Below are positions 7,642-17,088 of a DNA stretch of 64,000 nt, in pieces. Under the pieces are notes generated by a model that was not told the DNA's origin, ran no database searches, and saw nothing but the letters and a program-made list of their open reading frames with translations. Where the stretch lies: the NCBI GenBank assembly GCA_034189125.1, contig JAXHVB010000018.1, positions 775-64,774 of the forward strand, read 5' to 3'. Numbering within the stretch: position 1 is the first letter of the stretch; every line of letters starts with the position of its first letter. The position numbers and the translations under genes were made by a program. The DNA is from Pseudomonadota bacterium. Its GTDB lineage: Bacteria > Pseudomonadota > Gammaproteobacteria > Pseudomonadales > UBA5862.

Positions 7642-9189
7642 ATGCAAGAACAGCTTGAGTTGGTGCTTTCCTATGCCCGGGGCGTCTGGAAACGGCGGTG
7701 GTGGGTATTGGCGATCGCGTGGCTGGTCGCCGTGGTCGGTTGGGTGTTCGTGCAGCGGCTGCCGGATGAATACGAATCGAGTGCGCGGGTGTACGTGGAC
7801 ACCCAAAGTCTGCTCAAGCCGCTGCTGCGTGGACTCACCATTCAAATGGACGTGGGTCAGGAAATTCGTCTGATGGAGCGAACCCTGCTCAGTCGACCCA
7901 ACCTTGAAAAAATCGTGCGGATGACCGATCTGGACCTGGCGGCGACCACTGACGTGGAGTATGAGGCCCTGCTCAACCGCCTGAAGGGCAACATCGAGAT
8001 GTCCAAAGACAGCCGCCAAAACCTGTATTCGATCTCCTACTCGGACTCCGACCCAGAGCAGGCGAAGCGGGTGGTTCAAGCGGTGGTGACAACCTTCATC
8101 GAAAACACCATCGGCGAGCGCCGCGACAGCACGGCGACGGCCAGTGCGCAGCGCTTTCTGGACAAACAGATCAGCGAATACGAGCAGCGCCTGCGCGAAT
8201 CCGAGGCCCGGCTCAAGGAGTTCAAGCAGAACAATGTGGCCTTTATGTCAGGGTCAGGTGGCTATTTCCAACAGCTGCAGAATGCCCAAACGCAGCTCGA
8301 GACCGCCCGGCTGGAACTGAAGGAAGCCGAGGAGCGGCGCGACTCGATTCTGTGGCAACTGGAAAACGAAGAATCGGAAGACCTGCTGATGCCGGACTTT
8401 GGCCTGGGCTCGGGCGCTTCGGTCGCCACCCCGTACGATGGGCGCATCGAAAACCTCAACACCCAGCTCGATTCCATGTTGCTGCGGTACACCGAGCAGC
8501 ACCCGAGCGTCATTGAGTTGCGCCGCACCCTGGCGGAGTTGGAGAAACTGCGTGACGAGGAGGTTGCCCGCGCAACTTCGGCGGACCTCTCACCCAATGC
8601 GGATGACCGCGGGCCTTTTTATCAGCAGTTGCGATTGGCGCTCTCCCAAGCCGAGGCGACAGTGGCTTCGCTGACCGCCCGGGTGGCCAATTTCCAATCG
8701 AAAGCCGAGGCACTGCAGGCCAAGGTCGATACGGTGCCGGAAATCGAGGCCCAACTGACCGCTCTAAACCGGGACTACGGCATCACCAAGACCAAGTATG
8801 AGGAGCTGCTGAACCGGCGCGAGTCTGCACTGATGTCGCAGCGGGTCGAGGAAGATGTCAATGACATTCAGTTTCGCGTCATCGACCCACCCCGTGTTTC
8901 TGCAACGCCAACTGGACCCAATCGACCGCTGCTGATGGCCGGCGTGCTGGGTGTTGGCCTGGTGATCGGAGGCGGATTGGCCACCCTGTTTTCACTGCTC
9001 CGGCCCACGTTTACGAGCACCCTGCTACTTGGGCAAATCACAGGCGTGCAGGTGCTGGGGACGGTGTCCTACCAAGTCGCTACGGGAGAGGCGCGTCGAC
9101 AACACCGCTTGATGCTGGCTTTTTGGGGGGGGACGCTGATGCTGCTTGCGGCCTACTGCGCACTGGTTGCCTACAACCTGTTTTTGTAA
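7642..9189 (+). CDS. polysaccharide chain-length determinant (PCP, PEP-CTERM-locus subfamily; kinase-less half of a split PCP-2)
   Basis: 515 aa with an N-terminal TM (WWVLAIAWLVAVVGWVF), a long coiled-coil periplasmic region and a C-terminal TM pair. The Wzz-like segment YESSARVYVD is present. RBS GGAAGGA at 7631. Confidence 0.85.
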   Translation: MQEQLELVLSYARGVWKRRWWVLAIAWLVAVVGWVFVQRLPDEYESSARVYVDTQSLLKPLLRGLTIQMDVGQEIRLMERTLLSRPNLEKIVRMTDLDLAATTDVEYEALLNRLKGNIEMSKDSRQNLYSISYSDSDPEQAKRVVQAVVTTFIENTIGERRDSTATASAQRFLDKQISEYEQRLRESEARLKEFKQNNVAFMSGSGGYFQQLQNAQTQLETARLELKEAEERRDSILWQLENEESEDLLMPDFGLGSGASVATPYDGRIENLNTQLDSMLLRYTEQHPSVIELRRTLAELEKLRDEEVARATSADLSPNADDRGPFYQQLRLALSQAEATVASLTARVANFQSKAEALQAKVDTVPEIEAQLTALNRDYGITKTKYEELLNRRESALMSQRVEEDVNDIQFRVIDPPRVSATPTGPNRPLLMAGVLGVGLVIGGGLATLFSLLRPTFTSTLLLGQITGVQVLGTVSYQVATGEARRQHRLMLAFWGGTLMLLAAYCALVAYNLFL

Positions 9190-9254
9190 CGCCCCGCCAT
9201 GGCCCTTGAGTCGTTGCACCCCGTACTGCTGGACCCACCATTGGAATCGCCCGT

Positions 9255-10085
9255 ATGGACACCATAGAGAAAGCACTGCAAAAGTTTGATCAAGCCCCCG
9301 GTGTGCCAGGTGCGGACCGAAACAGCCCGCCGCCGGATGGTGCAACCGCGCTGTCCTCGCGTTCAAGGGCGGAGATCAATTTCGACCAGCTGAGGGCGGA
9401 GGGGCTGCTGGTTCCCGACGATACGCGCACCCAGCTCAAGGAAGAGTTCCGTCACATCAAGCGCCCATTGCTGAAAAAACTGGCTGCCAACAGCGCGAAT
9501 GGCCGAACCCAGCACCGCAACATTGTGATGGTGACCAGTGCCCGTCCAGGAGAAGGAAAAACCTACAATGCCATCAATCTGGCACTGAGTGTCGCAGAAG
9601 AGCGAAACCGCCGTGTTCTGCTGATCGACGCGGATGTGTTGAAGCCGTCTGTTGGCAGGAAGCTCGGGCTGGAGGAGACCCGTGGCTTGGTGGATTACCT
9701 CACCGGTGAAGCGCAAGGACTCAGGGATCTGTTGCTCAAGACCAACATTCCGCAGTTTACCGTTATGCAATCCGGCAAACGGCACCACCTGACCACGGAA
9801 CTTCTTGCCAGTGACCGCATGCGGCAGTTGATCGACGAACTCGCGCAGCGGTACTCCGACCGCGTGGTGGTGTTCGACTGCCCACCGCTGCTCAGCACCA
9901 CGGAGGCGAGCGTGCTGGTGCAGTTGGCTGGTCAGGTGGTGATGGTGGTGGCCGAAGGCGAAACGACCCACTCCGAGGTCAACAAGTCGCTCGCCCTGAT
10001 TGGTTCCAAGACCGATGTCGGGGTGGTGTTGAACAAAAGCCGGGTTGGGCACGACGGGTACGGCTATTACTACTATGGGTCCTGA
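9255..10085 (+). CDS. chain-length-determinant tyrosine autokinase (BY-kinase, PEP-CTERM-locus subfamily)
   Basis: Walker A SARPGEGKT, Walker A' VLLIDADV and Walker B VVVFDCPP. The C-terminal Tyr cluster GYGYYYYGS has 6 Tyr in the last 9 residues. Confidence 0.85.
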   Translation: MDTIEKALQKFDQAPGVPGADRNSPPPDGATALSSRSRAEINFDQLRAEGLLVPDDTRTQLKEEFRHIKRPLLKKLAANSANGRTQHRNIVMVTSARPGEGKTYNAINLALSVAEERNRRVLLIDADVLKPSVGRKLGLEETRGLVDYLTGEAQGLRDLLLKTNIPQFTVMQSGKRHHLTTELLASDRMRQLIDELAQRYSDRVVVFDCPPLLSTTEASVLVQLAGQVVMVVAEGETTHSEVNKSLALIGSKTDVGVVLNKSRVGHDGYGYYYYGS

Positions 10086-11694
10086 GTCCCGGGAGCAGAC
10101 GCCCGGTTTCTATCTTCGCTGCCTTTGTGTTTGGTTGTTTGGGGTCGTCCTGAGCGGCGGCGTGAACGCTGCGGACTGGGAGCGTCAGGCCCGACTCAAC
10201 CTGCAGGCGATCTACACCGACAACATCGAACGGTCGGCGACCGGGGAAACCGGCGAATTGGTTGGCGTTGTTCGACCGGGTCTTAGCGCATCAGCCAACG
10301 GCGCTCGATTGCGCTTTGGGGCGGACTACGCGCTGACCCATTCCTTTCACGCCGACGACAGCGACCGGGACCGCACCTACCACCAGTTGGATGGCTTCGC
10401 AGAGCTCGAATTGGTGGAAGACCACCTGTTTTTTGATCTCGATGCGGCTGCGTCTCAGCAGCTCATCGACGCCCAGGCCGCTGCTGGAGTCGACCTGGTT
10501 GCAGGCAACACGGGCAACATCGCCACTGCCTGGCGACTGAGTGGTGGCCCCCGGTGGCGCCAACGCCTGGGCGGTTACGGCCTCGCCCAGGCCGCCTACA
10601 CCTACAGCGTTGTGGACTATTCGGACGGCCTCAATGGCAGTACCGGCGGGGTGTTCACTGCATCACTCGACAGCGGTGCGCGCACCTACCCGGTTTTCTG
10701 GAACCTGAGCTACCTCAATGAGTCGTTGGACTACGAACAAGGCGCCGACCGTGACCGCAGCCGCGAGCACGGTGAGGTGACGCTGGGCACGCGGGTCACG
10801 GCCTCGACCTATGTGTCTGGCACCTATGGATTCGACCGCCGCGACCTGCTGGATACCAATGGCCGCTCGGCGCCCGACAATGACTTCTGGCGCCTGACTG
10901 CTGGCTGGAACCCCAGTTCGAAAACCGACCTCTCGGTGTACCACCAAGAGCGGGATTTCAAGAGCGCTGCCATTGCAGCGGATGCCGAATCGAGTTTCTG
11001 GGGTGCCAACGCACGCTGGTCACCCAACCCGCGGTGGTCCTTGAACGCCGGATATGGCAATGACTTTTACGGCGACACCTACAACCTTGGCATCTTCCAT
11101 CGATTGCGGCGGGTGAGCTGGTCCCTTGAGCACACGGAGGAACTCACCAACGCCCGGGCTGTGCTGTTGGACGACGCCTTGATCGGTTTTCTGATCTGTC
11201 CGATCGGCGCTTTGGATTTGACCAGTTGCCGGTTTCCTGCTCCGGGCGAGGTTCCGGCACCTGGCAGCGGGGAAGAGTTGGTTGGCATTGTCGGCACTGT
11301 GCCGAGTTTGGTCGAGGACGACTTCGTGCAGCGCAGCACCAGGTTCAGCTGGGCCTACCGGCGCGCAAAATCGACCTGGACCCTGGGGCTGTTCCAAATC
11401 GATCGAGAGGCCTTTGCAGCGGATGACCTCGGGCGCGACCGTGGTGCCTCGCTCGGGTGGTGGTGGCGGGTCGGTCAGCGGTCTACACTCGAATTGGGCG
11501 CCAACCACGTCAAAAAGCAATTCCCGGTCTCGCCGACACTGGAGGAGCGCCGATACCGCATGGGTTGGCGCCGCACCTCGGGGCGCGGGGTCGACTGGTC
11601 CCTGTTGGGGGAGCGCATTGAGGGTGAGCGTGTGGGCGGTGCCGAATTCACCGAACACCGCGTCACCGCTTCAGTAACCGTACGAACTCGGTGA
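10075..11694 (+). CDS. PEP-CTERM-system-associated outer-membrane beta-barrel protein (uncharacterised family)
   Basis: ATG at 10075 overlaps the kinase stop. A signal-like N-terminus (LCVWLFGVVLSGGVNAADW) is followed by alternating beta-strand-like sequence rich in Y/W/G/D/R. Its position is conserved after the tyrosine kinase in XrtA loci (recalled). Confidence 0.65.
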   Translation: MGPESREQTPGFYLRCLCVWLFGVVLSGGVNAADWERQARLNLQAIYTDNIERSATGETGELVGVVRPGLSASANGARLRFGADYALTHSFHADDSDRDRTYHQLDGFAELELVEDHLFFDLDAAASQQLIDAQAAAGVDLVAGNTGNIATAWRLSGGPRWRQRLGGYGLAQAAYTYSVVDYSDGLNGSTGGVFTASLDSGARTYPVFWNLSYLNESLDYEQGADRDRSREHGEVTLGTRVTASTYVSGTYGFDRRDLLDTNGRSAPDNDFWRLTAGWNPSSKTDLSVYHQERDFKSAAIAADAESSFWGANARWSPNPRWSLNAGYGNDFYGDTYNLGIFHRLRRVSWSLEHTEELTNARAVLLDDALIGFLICPIGALDLTSCRFPAPGEVPAPGSGEELVGIVGTVPSLVEDDFVQRSTRFSWAYRRAKSTWTLGLFQIDREAFAADDLGRDRGASLGWWWRVGQRSTLELGANHVKKQFPVSPTLEERRYRMGWRRTSGRGVDWSLLGERIEGERVGGAEFTEHRVTASVTVRTR

Positions 11695-11700
11695 CGGATC

Positions 11701-12750
11701 ATGTACGAATCTTTTTATCAGTACAGTGCCAAGCCGTTCCAGGTGAGCCCGGACCCGCGGTTTTTTTTCGCCAGCAAAGGCCACAAGCGCGCGATGTCCT
11801 ACCTGCGCTACGGCCTGAGTCAGGGCGAGGGCTTTGTGGTCATCACCGGAGGGGTGGGGACGGGTAAGACCACCCTGATCCGCAGCCTGTTCAGCGATCT
11901 GGACGCGGCTGATCTGCTTGCCGCGCAGTTGGTGAGCTCCAATTTGCAGGCGGACGACCTGTTGCAAATGATCTCTGCGGCCTTTGATCTACCTCGCGAA
12001 GGGCGCTCCAAGGGTGAATTGCTCAACCAGTTTGAGGCCTTTCTGCGCCAGGCGGACCGCGAGGGGAAGCGGGTGCTGCTGGTGGTCGACGAAGCGCAGA
12101 ACCTGCCGGCCAGTACGGTGGAAGAGCTCCGGATGCTGTCGAACTTTCAGGTTGAGAACCGGCCGCTGCTGCAGAGTTTTCTGCTCGGACAGGAAGAGTT
12201 TCGCGGGCTGGTGCAGTCTCCCCAAATGGAGCAACTGCGCCAGCGCATCATTGCGTCTTGTCACTTGCAACCCCTGGATCAGGTTGAAACCCGCGGCTAC
12301 ATCGAGCACCGACTGCAGCGGGTGGGCTGGGCGGGCACCAACCCAGCGATCAGCGACGATGCATTCGATGCCATTCACGCCATCAGCCAGGGTGTACCGC
12401 GGCGGATCAACACCTTTTGTGATCGGCTGCTGCTGTATGGTTTTCTGGAAGAACTTGAATGCCTTGATGCCGATGCCGTGGATGTGGTGCGCCGCGAGGT
12501 TTTGGCAGAGCAGCCCAGCGCGCCCAGGGCGGCGGCGTCGATCGCCGCTGCCGATGACGCCTGGGACGAGGGCGAAGAAGACCAGCAGGTCCCGACGCTG
12601 ACGGTGCCCCGGCACCAACGTGCGCCCGTCACCGAACTTGAAAAACGGGTCGCTGACCTTGAGTACGTCATTGAAGCGCTCGAGAAAAATTTCGAACGCA
12701 AAGTGAGCCTGCTGAAGAGCGTGGTTCAGTCATTAAAGAGCGGGCTGTAG
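11701..12750 (+). CDS. ExeA/GspA-like AAA ATPase (XrtA/PEP-CTERM system-associated ATPase)
   Basis: Walker A GGVGTGKT and Walker B LLVVDEAQNL. The N-terminus MYESFYQYSAKPFQVSPDPRFFF is typical of the ExeA family. The C-terminal tail is acidic and coiled-coil-like. Confidence 0.85.
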   Translation: MYESFYQYSAKPFQVSPDPRFFFASKGHKRAMSYLRYGLSQGEGFVVITGGVGTGKTTLIRSLFSDLDAADLLAAQLVSSNLQADDLLQMISAAFDLPREGRSKGELLNQFEAFLRQADREGKRVLLVVDEAQNLPASTVEELRMLSNFQVENRPLLQSFLLGQEEFRGLVQSPQMEQLRQRIIASCHLQPLDQVETRGYIEHRLQRVGWAGTNPAISDDAFDAIHAISQGVPRRINTFCDRLLLYGFLEELECLDADAVDVVRREVLAEQPSAPRAAASIAAADDAWDEGEEDQQVPTLTVPRHQRAPVTELEKRVADLEYVIEALEKNFERKVSLLKSVVQSLKSGL

Positions 12751-12751
12751 G

Positions 12752-13885
12752 TTGGCCATGACTGCAGGCGGTGCGTTGATTTCTGTGGTAGGCGCTCGGC
12801 CCAATTTCATGAAGATTGCGCCCATTTGCGCCGCTTGGAGTGCTGCACAGACAGACCGTGCCCACCTGCTGGTGCACACGGGTCAACACTACGATGCCAG
12901 CATGAAAGTGCAGTTTTTCGAGCAGCTGGGCATCCCCGAGCCTGACATAGACTTGGGCGTTGGCTCCGGCACCCACGCCATGCAGACCAGTGCGATCATG
13001 CAGCGCTTCGAGCCGGTTCTGGACCAGCACCGGCCCGCTGCGGTGCTGGTGGTGGGGGACGTCAATTCCACCATTGCCTGCGCGCTCACGGCGGTGAAAA
13101 AGGACATTCCGGTCATACACGTTGAAGCGGGGCTGCGCAGCGGTGACCGCAGCATGCCCGAGGAAATCAACCGGGTACTGACCGACCAGGTTTCATCTCG
13201 GTTGTACACCACAGAGCGGGCTGCCCTGGACAATTTGACCCGCGAGGGGATTCGGCCGGACGCCGTCTGTTTCGTCGGCAATGTCATGATCGACACCCTG
13301 CTAACCCACAGCAAGCAGGCGCCCGGCATCGAGGCATTGACCTTGGGTACCGGCGTTCGGGCCGACTCTTCGAATGGCTATGGTCTGGTTACCCTGCACC
13401 GTCCGGCGAATGTGGACGATCCCCAGGTGCTGCGCCGTCTGATCGATGCTCTTTGCAAAGTTGCGCAGCGTCTACCCCTGCTGTTCCCTGTGCATCCGCG
13501 GACTGAGGCGCGCCTGCGTGCCCAGGGCCTTTGGGACCAGGCACAGGCGCACCTGGAGCTGCTGCCTCCACTCGGATACCTGCAAATGGTGGGGGCAATG
13601 CGCGACGCCCGGTTGGTCTTGACCGATTCGGGCGGCATCCAAGAGGAGACCACGGCCCTTGGGGTGCCCTGCCTGACCTTGCGCGACAACACCGAGCGCC
13701 CGATCACTGTGGATCAGGGCACCAACACCTTGGTGGGCCGCGACCCCGAACGCATTCTGGAGGCCGTTGCTCAGGCCCTGGCAGGGGCGGGCAAAGCCGG
13801 TCGTATTCCCGAACTTTGGGACGGCCGGGCCGCCCAGCGCATCCTGGACGATTTGCTTCCTTGGCTTGAGGTGCACGGGGCGTGA
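12752..13885 (+). CDS. wecB: UDP-N-acetylglucosamine 2-epimerase (non-hydrolysing)
   Basis: GARPNFMKIAPI, VHTGQHYD, VVGDVNST, HVEAGLRS, MPEEINR and DSGGIQEE are hallmark WecB motifs. TTG at 12752 or ATG at 12758 could be the start. Confidence 0.9.
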   Translation: MAMTAGGALISVVGARPNFMKIAPICAAWSAAQTDRAHLLVHTGQHYDASMKVQFFEQLGIPEPDIDLGVGSGTHAMQTSAIMQRFEPVLDQHRPAAVLVVGDVNSTIACALTAVKKDIPVIHVEAGLRSGDRSMPEEINRVLTDQVSSRLYTTERAALDNLTREGIRPDAVCFVGNVMIDTLLTHSKQAPGIEALTLGTGVRADSSNGYGLVTLHRPANVDDPQVLRRLIDALCKVAQRLPLLFPVHPRTEARLRAQGLWDQAQAHLELLPPLGYLQMVGAMRDARLVLTDSGGIQEETTALGVPCLTLRDNTERPITVDQGTNTLVGRDPERILEAVAQALAGAGKAGRIPELWDGRAAQRILDDLLPWLEVHGA

Positions 13886-14781
13886 GCCAGCCGACGAACC
13901 AACTTGAACGCATTGCCCACGCCATGACGGTCGACGTCGAGGACTATTTTCAGGTCGCAGCGTTCGAGGGCATGTATCCAGTATCCAGTTGGGACACCAT
14001 CCCCACCCGGGTGGAAGTGAACACCCAGCGCATTTTGGACAACTTCGATCGAGCCGGGGTCCGAGCGACCTTCTTTTGCCTCGGCTGGGTCGCCGAGCGC
14101 TGCGCCGCGCTCATTCGTGAAATCGCCGAGCGCGGCCACGAAGTGGCGAACCATGGTTATGCGCACCAGCGGATCGGTACCCTGACGCAGGTTGAGTTCC
14201 GCGAAGACATCCGGCGGGCCAAGTCGCTGCTCGAGGACACCGCGGGTTGTGCGGTGAAAGGATACAGGGCGCCAAGTTATTCGATCACGCCTGAAACCCA
14301 CTGGGCCCATGAGGAGATCCGCGCTGCCGGACACCTTTACAGTTCCAGTGTCTATCCGGTGCGCCATGACCTCTACGGCATCCCCGATGCCCCGCGGGCG
14401 TCCTACGAGGCCTGCGCCGGTCTCACCGAGGTGCCCATCACCACCCTGCGGTGGGGGGGGAGAAACTGGCCAATTGGCGGTGGAGGGTATTTTCGCCTGC
14501 TGCCTTATCCACTGTACCGCAAGGCGCTGCAGCGATTCGAAGACACCGAGGGCCGCTCCGGGTTGTTCTATTTTCACCCCTGGGAAATCGATGTGGAGCA
14601 GCCCCGCACAGCCGGAGCGCCCTGGCGCAGCCGGTTTCGCCATTACCTGAACCTGGATCGCATGGAGTCCCGCTTACACGCCCTGCTCCGTGATTTTCGC
14701 TGGGACCGCATGGATGAACTGTTTGTACCTGCCGATCCCCCTGGTCCGCAGCATCCGGCGCTGCAGGGAGTGTCGGCCTAA
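13882..14781 (+). CDS. polysaccharide deacetylase (NodB-fold, XrtA-system subfamily)
   Basis: GTG start overlaps the wecB stop (GTGA). Motifs MTVDVEDYF, TFFCLGWVAE, HEVANHGYAH and FHPWE match the PEP-CTERM-locus deacetylase family. Confidence 0.85.
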   Translation: MSQPTNQLERIAHAMTVDVEDYFQVAAFEGMYPVSSWDTIPTRVEVNTQRILDNFDRAGVRATFFCLGWVAERCAALIREIAERGHEVANHGYAHQRIGTLTQVEFREDIRRAKSLLEDTAGCAVKGYRAPSYSITPETHWAHEEIRAAGHLYSSSVYPVRHDLYGIPDAPRASYEACAGLTEVPITTLRWGGRNWPIGGGGYFRLLPYPLYRKALQRFEDTEGRSGLFYFHPWEIDVEQPRTAGAPWRSRFRHYLNLDRMESRLHALLRDFRWDRMDELFVPADPPGPQHPALQGVSA

Positions 14782-15867
14782 ATGGCAGTAGAGCCGGTCC
14801 AAGTGGGTGCGGAGAGCTCGCCTGTCGGTGAACCGATGCCGCTGCGCGTTGAGGCTTTACCGACTGACGGGAATGCGGCATGGAACCGGTTTGTGCAGGA
14901 GCAGGCCGGGGCCACCTTCTTTCACCGGGCTGAGTGGCGCCAGGTCTTGGAGCAGGCCTTTGGCCACCAGGGCCATTACCTGCAATGCCTTCGCGGCGAT
15001 GTGGTGGTGGGGGTGTTGCCCCTGGTCGAAGTCAAGAGCTTGCTGTTTGGGCACTCTCTTATTTCCACACCCTTCTGTGTCTACGGGGGCGCCCTGGGGG
15101 CCGATCCGCAGGTGCAGGACAGGCTGGTTGATGCGGCGGCCGACTTGGCAGAGCAGTTGGGGGTCGACTACCTGGAGCTGCGCAACCTGCAGCGGCAGCG
15201 ACCCGACTGGCCGTGCAAGGACTCGATGTATGTCACCTTTCGTCGGGCGATTGTCGATGACGATGACGCCAACCTGAAGGCGATCCCGCGCAAGCAGCGC
15301 GCGATGGTGCGCAAGGCCCAGCAGACGGGCTTGACGTTCGAGATAGATGCACAATTGGATCGTTTCTACACAGCATACAGCACCAGCGTGCGCAACCTCG
15401 GGACACCGGTGTTCTCGCGCAAGTACTTTTCCACCCTGCAGCAGGTTTTCGGTGAGGACTGTGAGGTTTTGACCGTTTCCCATGAGGGCCAGTTGGTGGC
15501 GAGTGTGCTCAGCTTTTACTTTCGTGACCAGGTCTTGCCCTACTATGGAGGTGGTACCGACCTTGCGCGGGCACTGAAGGGCAATGACTTCATGTACTGG
15601 TCCCTGATGTGTCACGCACAACGCCGGGGGGCGCGTTGGTTTGATTATGGCCGCAGCAAAGTCGATACCGGGCCTTACAGTTTCAAGAAGAACTGGGGTT
15701 TTTCGCCGGAGCCGCTGTACCACGAATACCACCTGGTCAAGGCCAAGGCAGTGCCCGAGGTCAACCCACTCAACCCCAAGTACCGGTTGATGGTTGAGAC
15801 CTGGAAGCGCTTGCCGTTGGGGGTCAGCCAGTGGCTTGGTCCCTGGATCTCGCGGTCCTTGGGTTAG
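14782..15867 (+). CDS. FemAB-family protein (PEP-CTERM-system-associated; aminoacyl/peptidyl-transferase-like GNAT pair)
   Basis: The ATG immediately follows the deacetylase TAA. At 361 aa, the sequence (FFHRAEW, YLELRN, KQRAMVRKA, YYGGG, FKKNWGF) resembles FemAB/BioF2-like acetyltransferase (DUF482-type) proteins conserved at this position in XrtA loci. Confidence 0.8.
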   Translation: MAVEPVQVGAESSPVGEPMPLRVEALPTDGNAAWNRFVQEQAGATFFHRAEWRQVLEQAFGHQGHYLQCLRGDVVVGVLPLVEVKSLLFGHSLISTPFCVYGGALGADPQVQDRLVDAAADLAEQLGVDYLELRNLQRQRPDWPCKDSMYVTFRRAIVDDDDANLKAIPRKQRAMVRKAQQTGLTFEIDAQLDRFYTAYSTSVRNLGTPVFSRKYFSTLQQVFGEDCEVLTVSHEGQLVASVLSFYFRDQVLPYYGGGTDLARALKGNDFMYWSLMCHAQRRGARWFDYGRSKVDTGPYSFKKNWGFSPEPLYHEYHLVKAKAVPEVNPLNPKYRLMVETWKRLPLGVSQWLGPWISRSLG

Positions 15868-15876
15868 GAAGCCTGC

Positions 15877-17088
15877 GTGGATGCTCCGCCCATTCTGTTT
15901 CTTGCCCACCGCATTCCCTACCCCCCCAACAAGGGGGACAAGGTGCGCTCCCACCATTTTTTGCGGCATCTCAGTGCGCGCCATCGGGTGTTCCTCGGAA
16001 CCTTTGTCGATGACCCTGAGGATTGGGCACACGAGCCGGAGCTAGCCCGCTGGTCGACTGAGCGCTGCGTGTTGCCACTCAATCCACTCAGTGCTCGGTT
16101 GCGTTCGGTGATGGGGTTGATCAGCGGTGCTCCACTGACCAACCCCTACTATGCGAGCCGTACCCTTCGCGGCTGGGTTGAGGATGTGATCGAGCGCGAG
16201 CGCATTCAGACGGCTTTCGTGTTCTCGTCGTCCATGGCGCAGTACGTGATGGGCGCGACGCGGCTGTCCCGCAGGGTGGTGGACTTTGTGGACCTGGACT
16301 CCGACAAGTGGCGCCAGTATGCCGAACGCCAGCGCCCCCCGATGCGGTGGGTGTATCAGCGCGAACATCGCCGACTCGCACAGTGGGAACGGCAGGTGGC
16401 GGCGGAGTGTCGCATCTCGACCTTTGTTTCCGCTGCGGAAGCTGCGTTGTTTTGCGCCGGAGCGCCAGATCCGGGAGCGGTGCATCCCTTAGGCAATGGT
16501 GTGGATTTGGAGTATTTCGACCCCTCGACCGAGTTTCGCTCCCCCTATGCGACCACAGCACCGGTGCTGGTGTTCACCGGTGCCATGGACTACTGGCCGA
16601 ACGTCGATGCCGTGGTGTGGTTTTGCGAACAGGTGATGCCGCTGCTGCGTGCTAGACAACCAGGGCTCGAATTTTGGATTGTTGGGGCCAATCCCACCGC
16701 CGCGGTCGAGGAACTGGCCGACCGGCCGGGGGTGCGGGTCACAGGCCGGGTGGAAGACGTGCGTCCATACCTGCGCCATGCGGACCTCGCTGTCGCTCCA
16801 CTGCGCATCGCCCGGGGCATCCAAAACAAGGTGCTGGAGGCCATGGCCATGGGCACCCCGCTGGTAGCAAGTCGTGCCGCGTTCGAGGGCATGCAGTTGC
16901 AGCCGTGGATGGCACCCATGTGCGCCGCCACCGAACCCCAGGAATATGCCGAGCGTGTAGTGGCCCTGTTGGGATCGGACGCGCGCGGCGCCCTGGTCAC
17001 TGAGGGGCGGCGATGGGTGGGTGAACACCACAGCTGGCAGCGCAACTGTTCTGCCTTGGAAGCTTTGCTGATGGATGTCGAGGCATGA
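15877..17088 (+). CDS. GT4 glycosyltransferase (PEP-CTERM/EpsH1-associated sugar transferase, stp1-like)
   Basis: GTG start. The N-terminus ILFLAHRIPYPPNKGDKVRSHHFL is characteristic of this subfamily. The C-terminal GT-B segment is RIARGIQNKVLEAMAMGTPLVAS. Confidence 0.8.
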   Translation: MDAPPILFLAHRIPYPPNKGDKVRSHHFLRHLSARHRVFLGTFVDDPEDWAHEPELARWSTERCVLPLNPLSARLRSVMGLISGAPLTNPYYASRTLRGWVEDVIERERIQTAFVFSSSMAQYVMGATRLSRRVVDFVDLDSDKWRQYAERQRPPMRWVYQREHRRLAQWERQVAAECRISTFVSAAEAALFCAGAPDPGAVHPLGNGVDLEYFDPSTEFRSPYATTAPVLVFTGAMDYWPNVDAVVWFCEQVMPLLRARQPGLEFWIVGANPTAAVEELADRPGVRVTGRVEDVRPYLRHADLAVAPLRIARGIQNKVLEAMAMGTPLVASRAAFEGMQLQPWMAPMCAATEPQEYAERVVALLGSDARGALVTEGRRWVGEHHSWQRNCSALEALLMDVEA

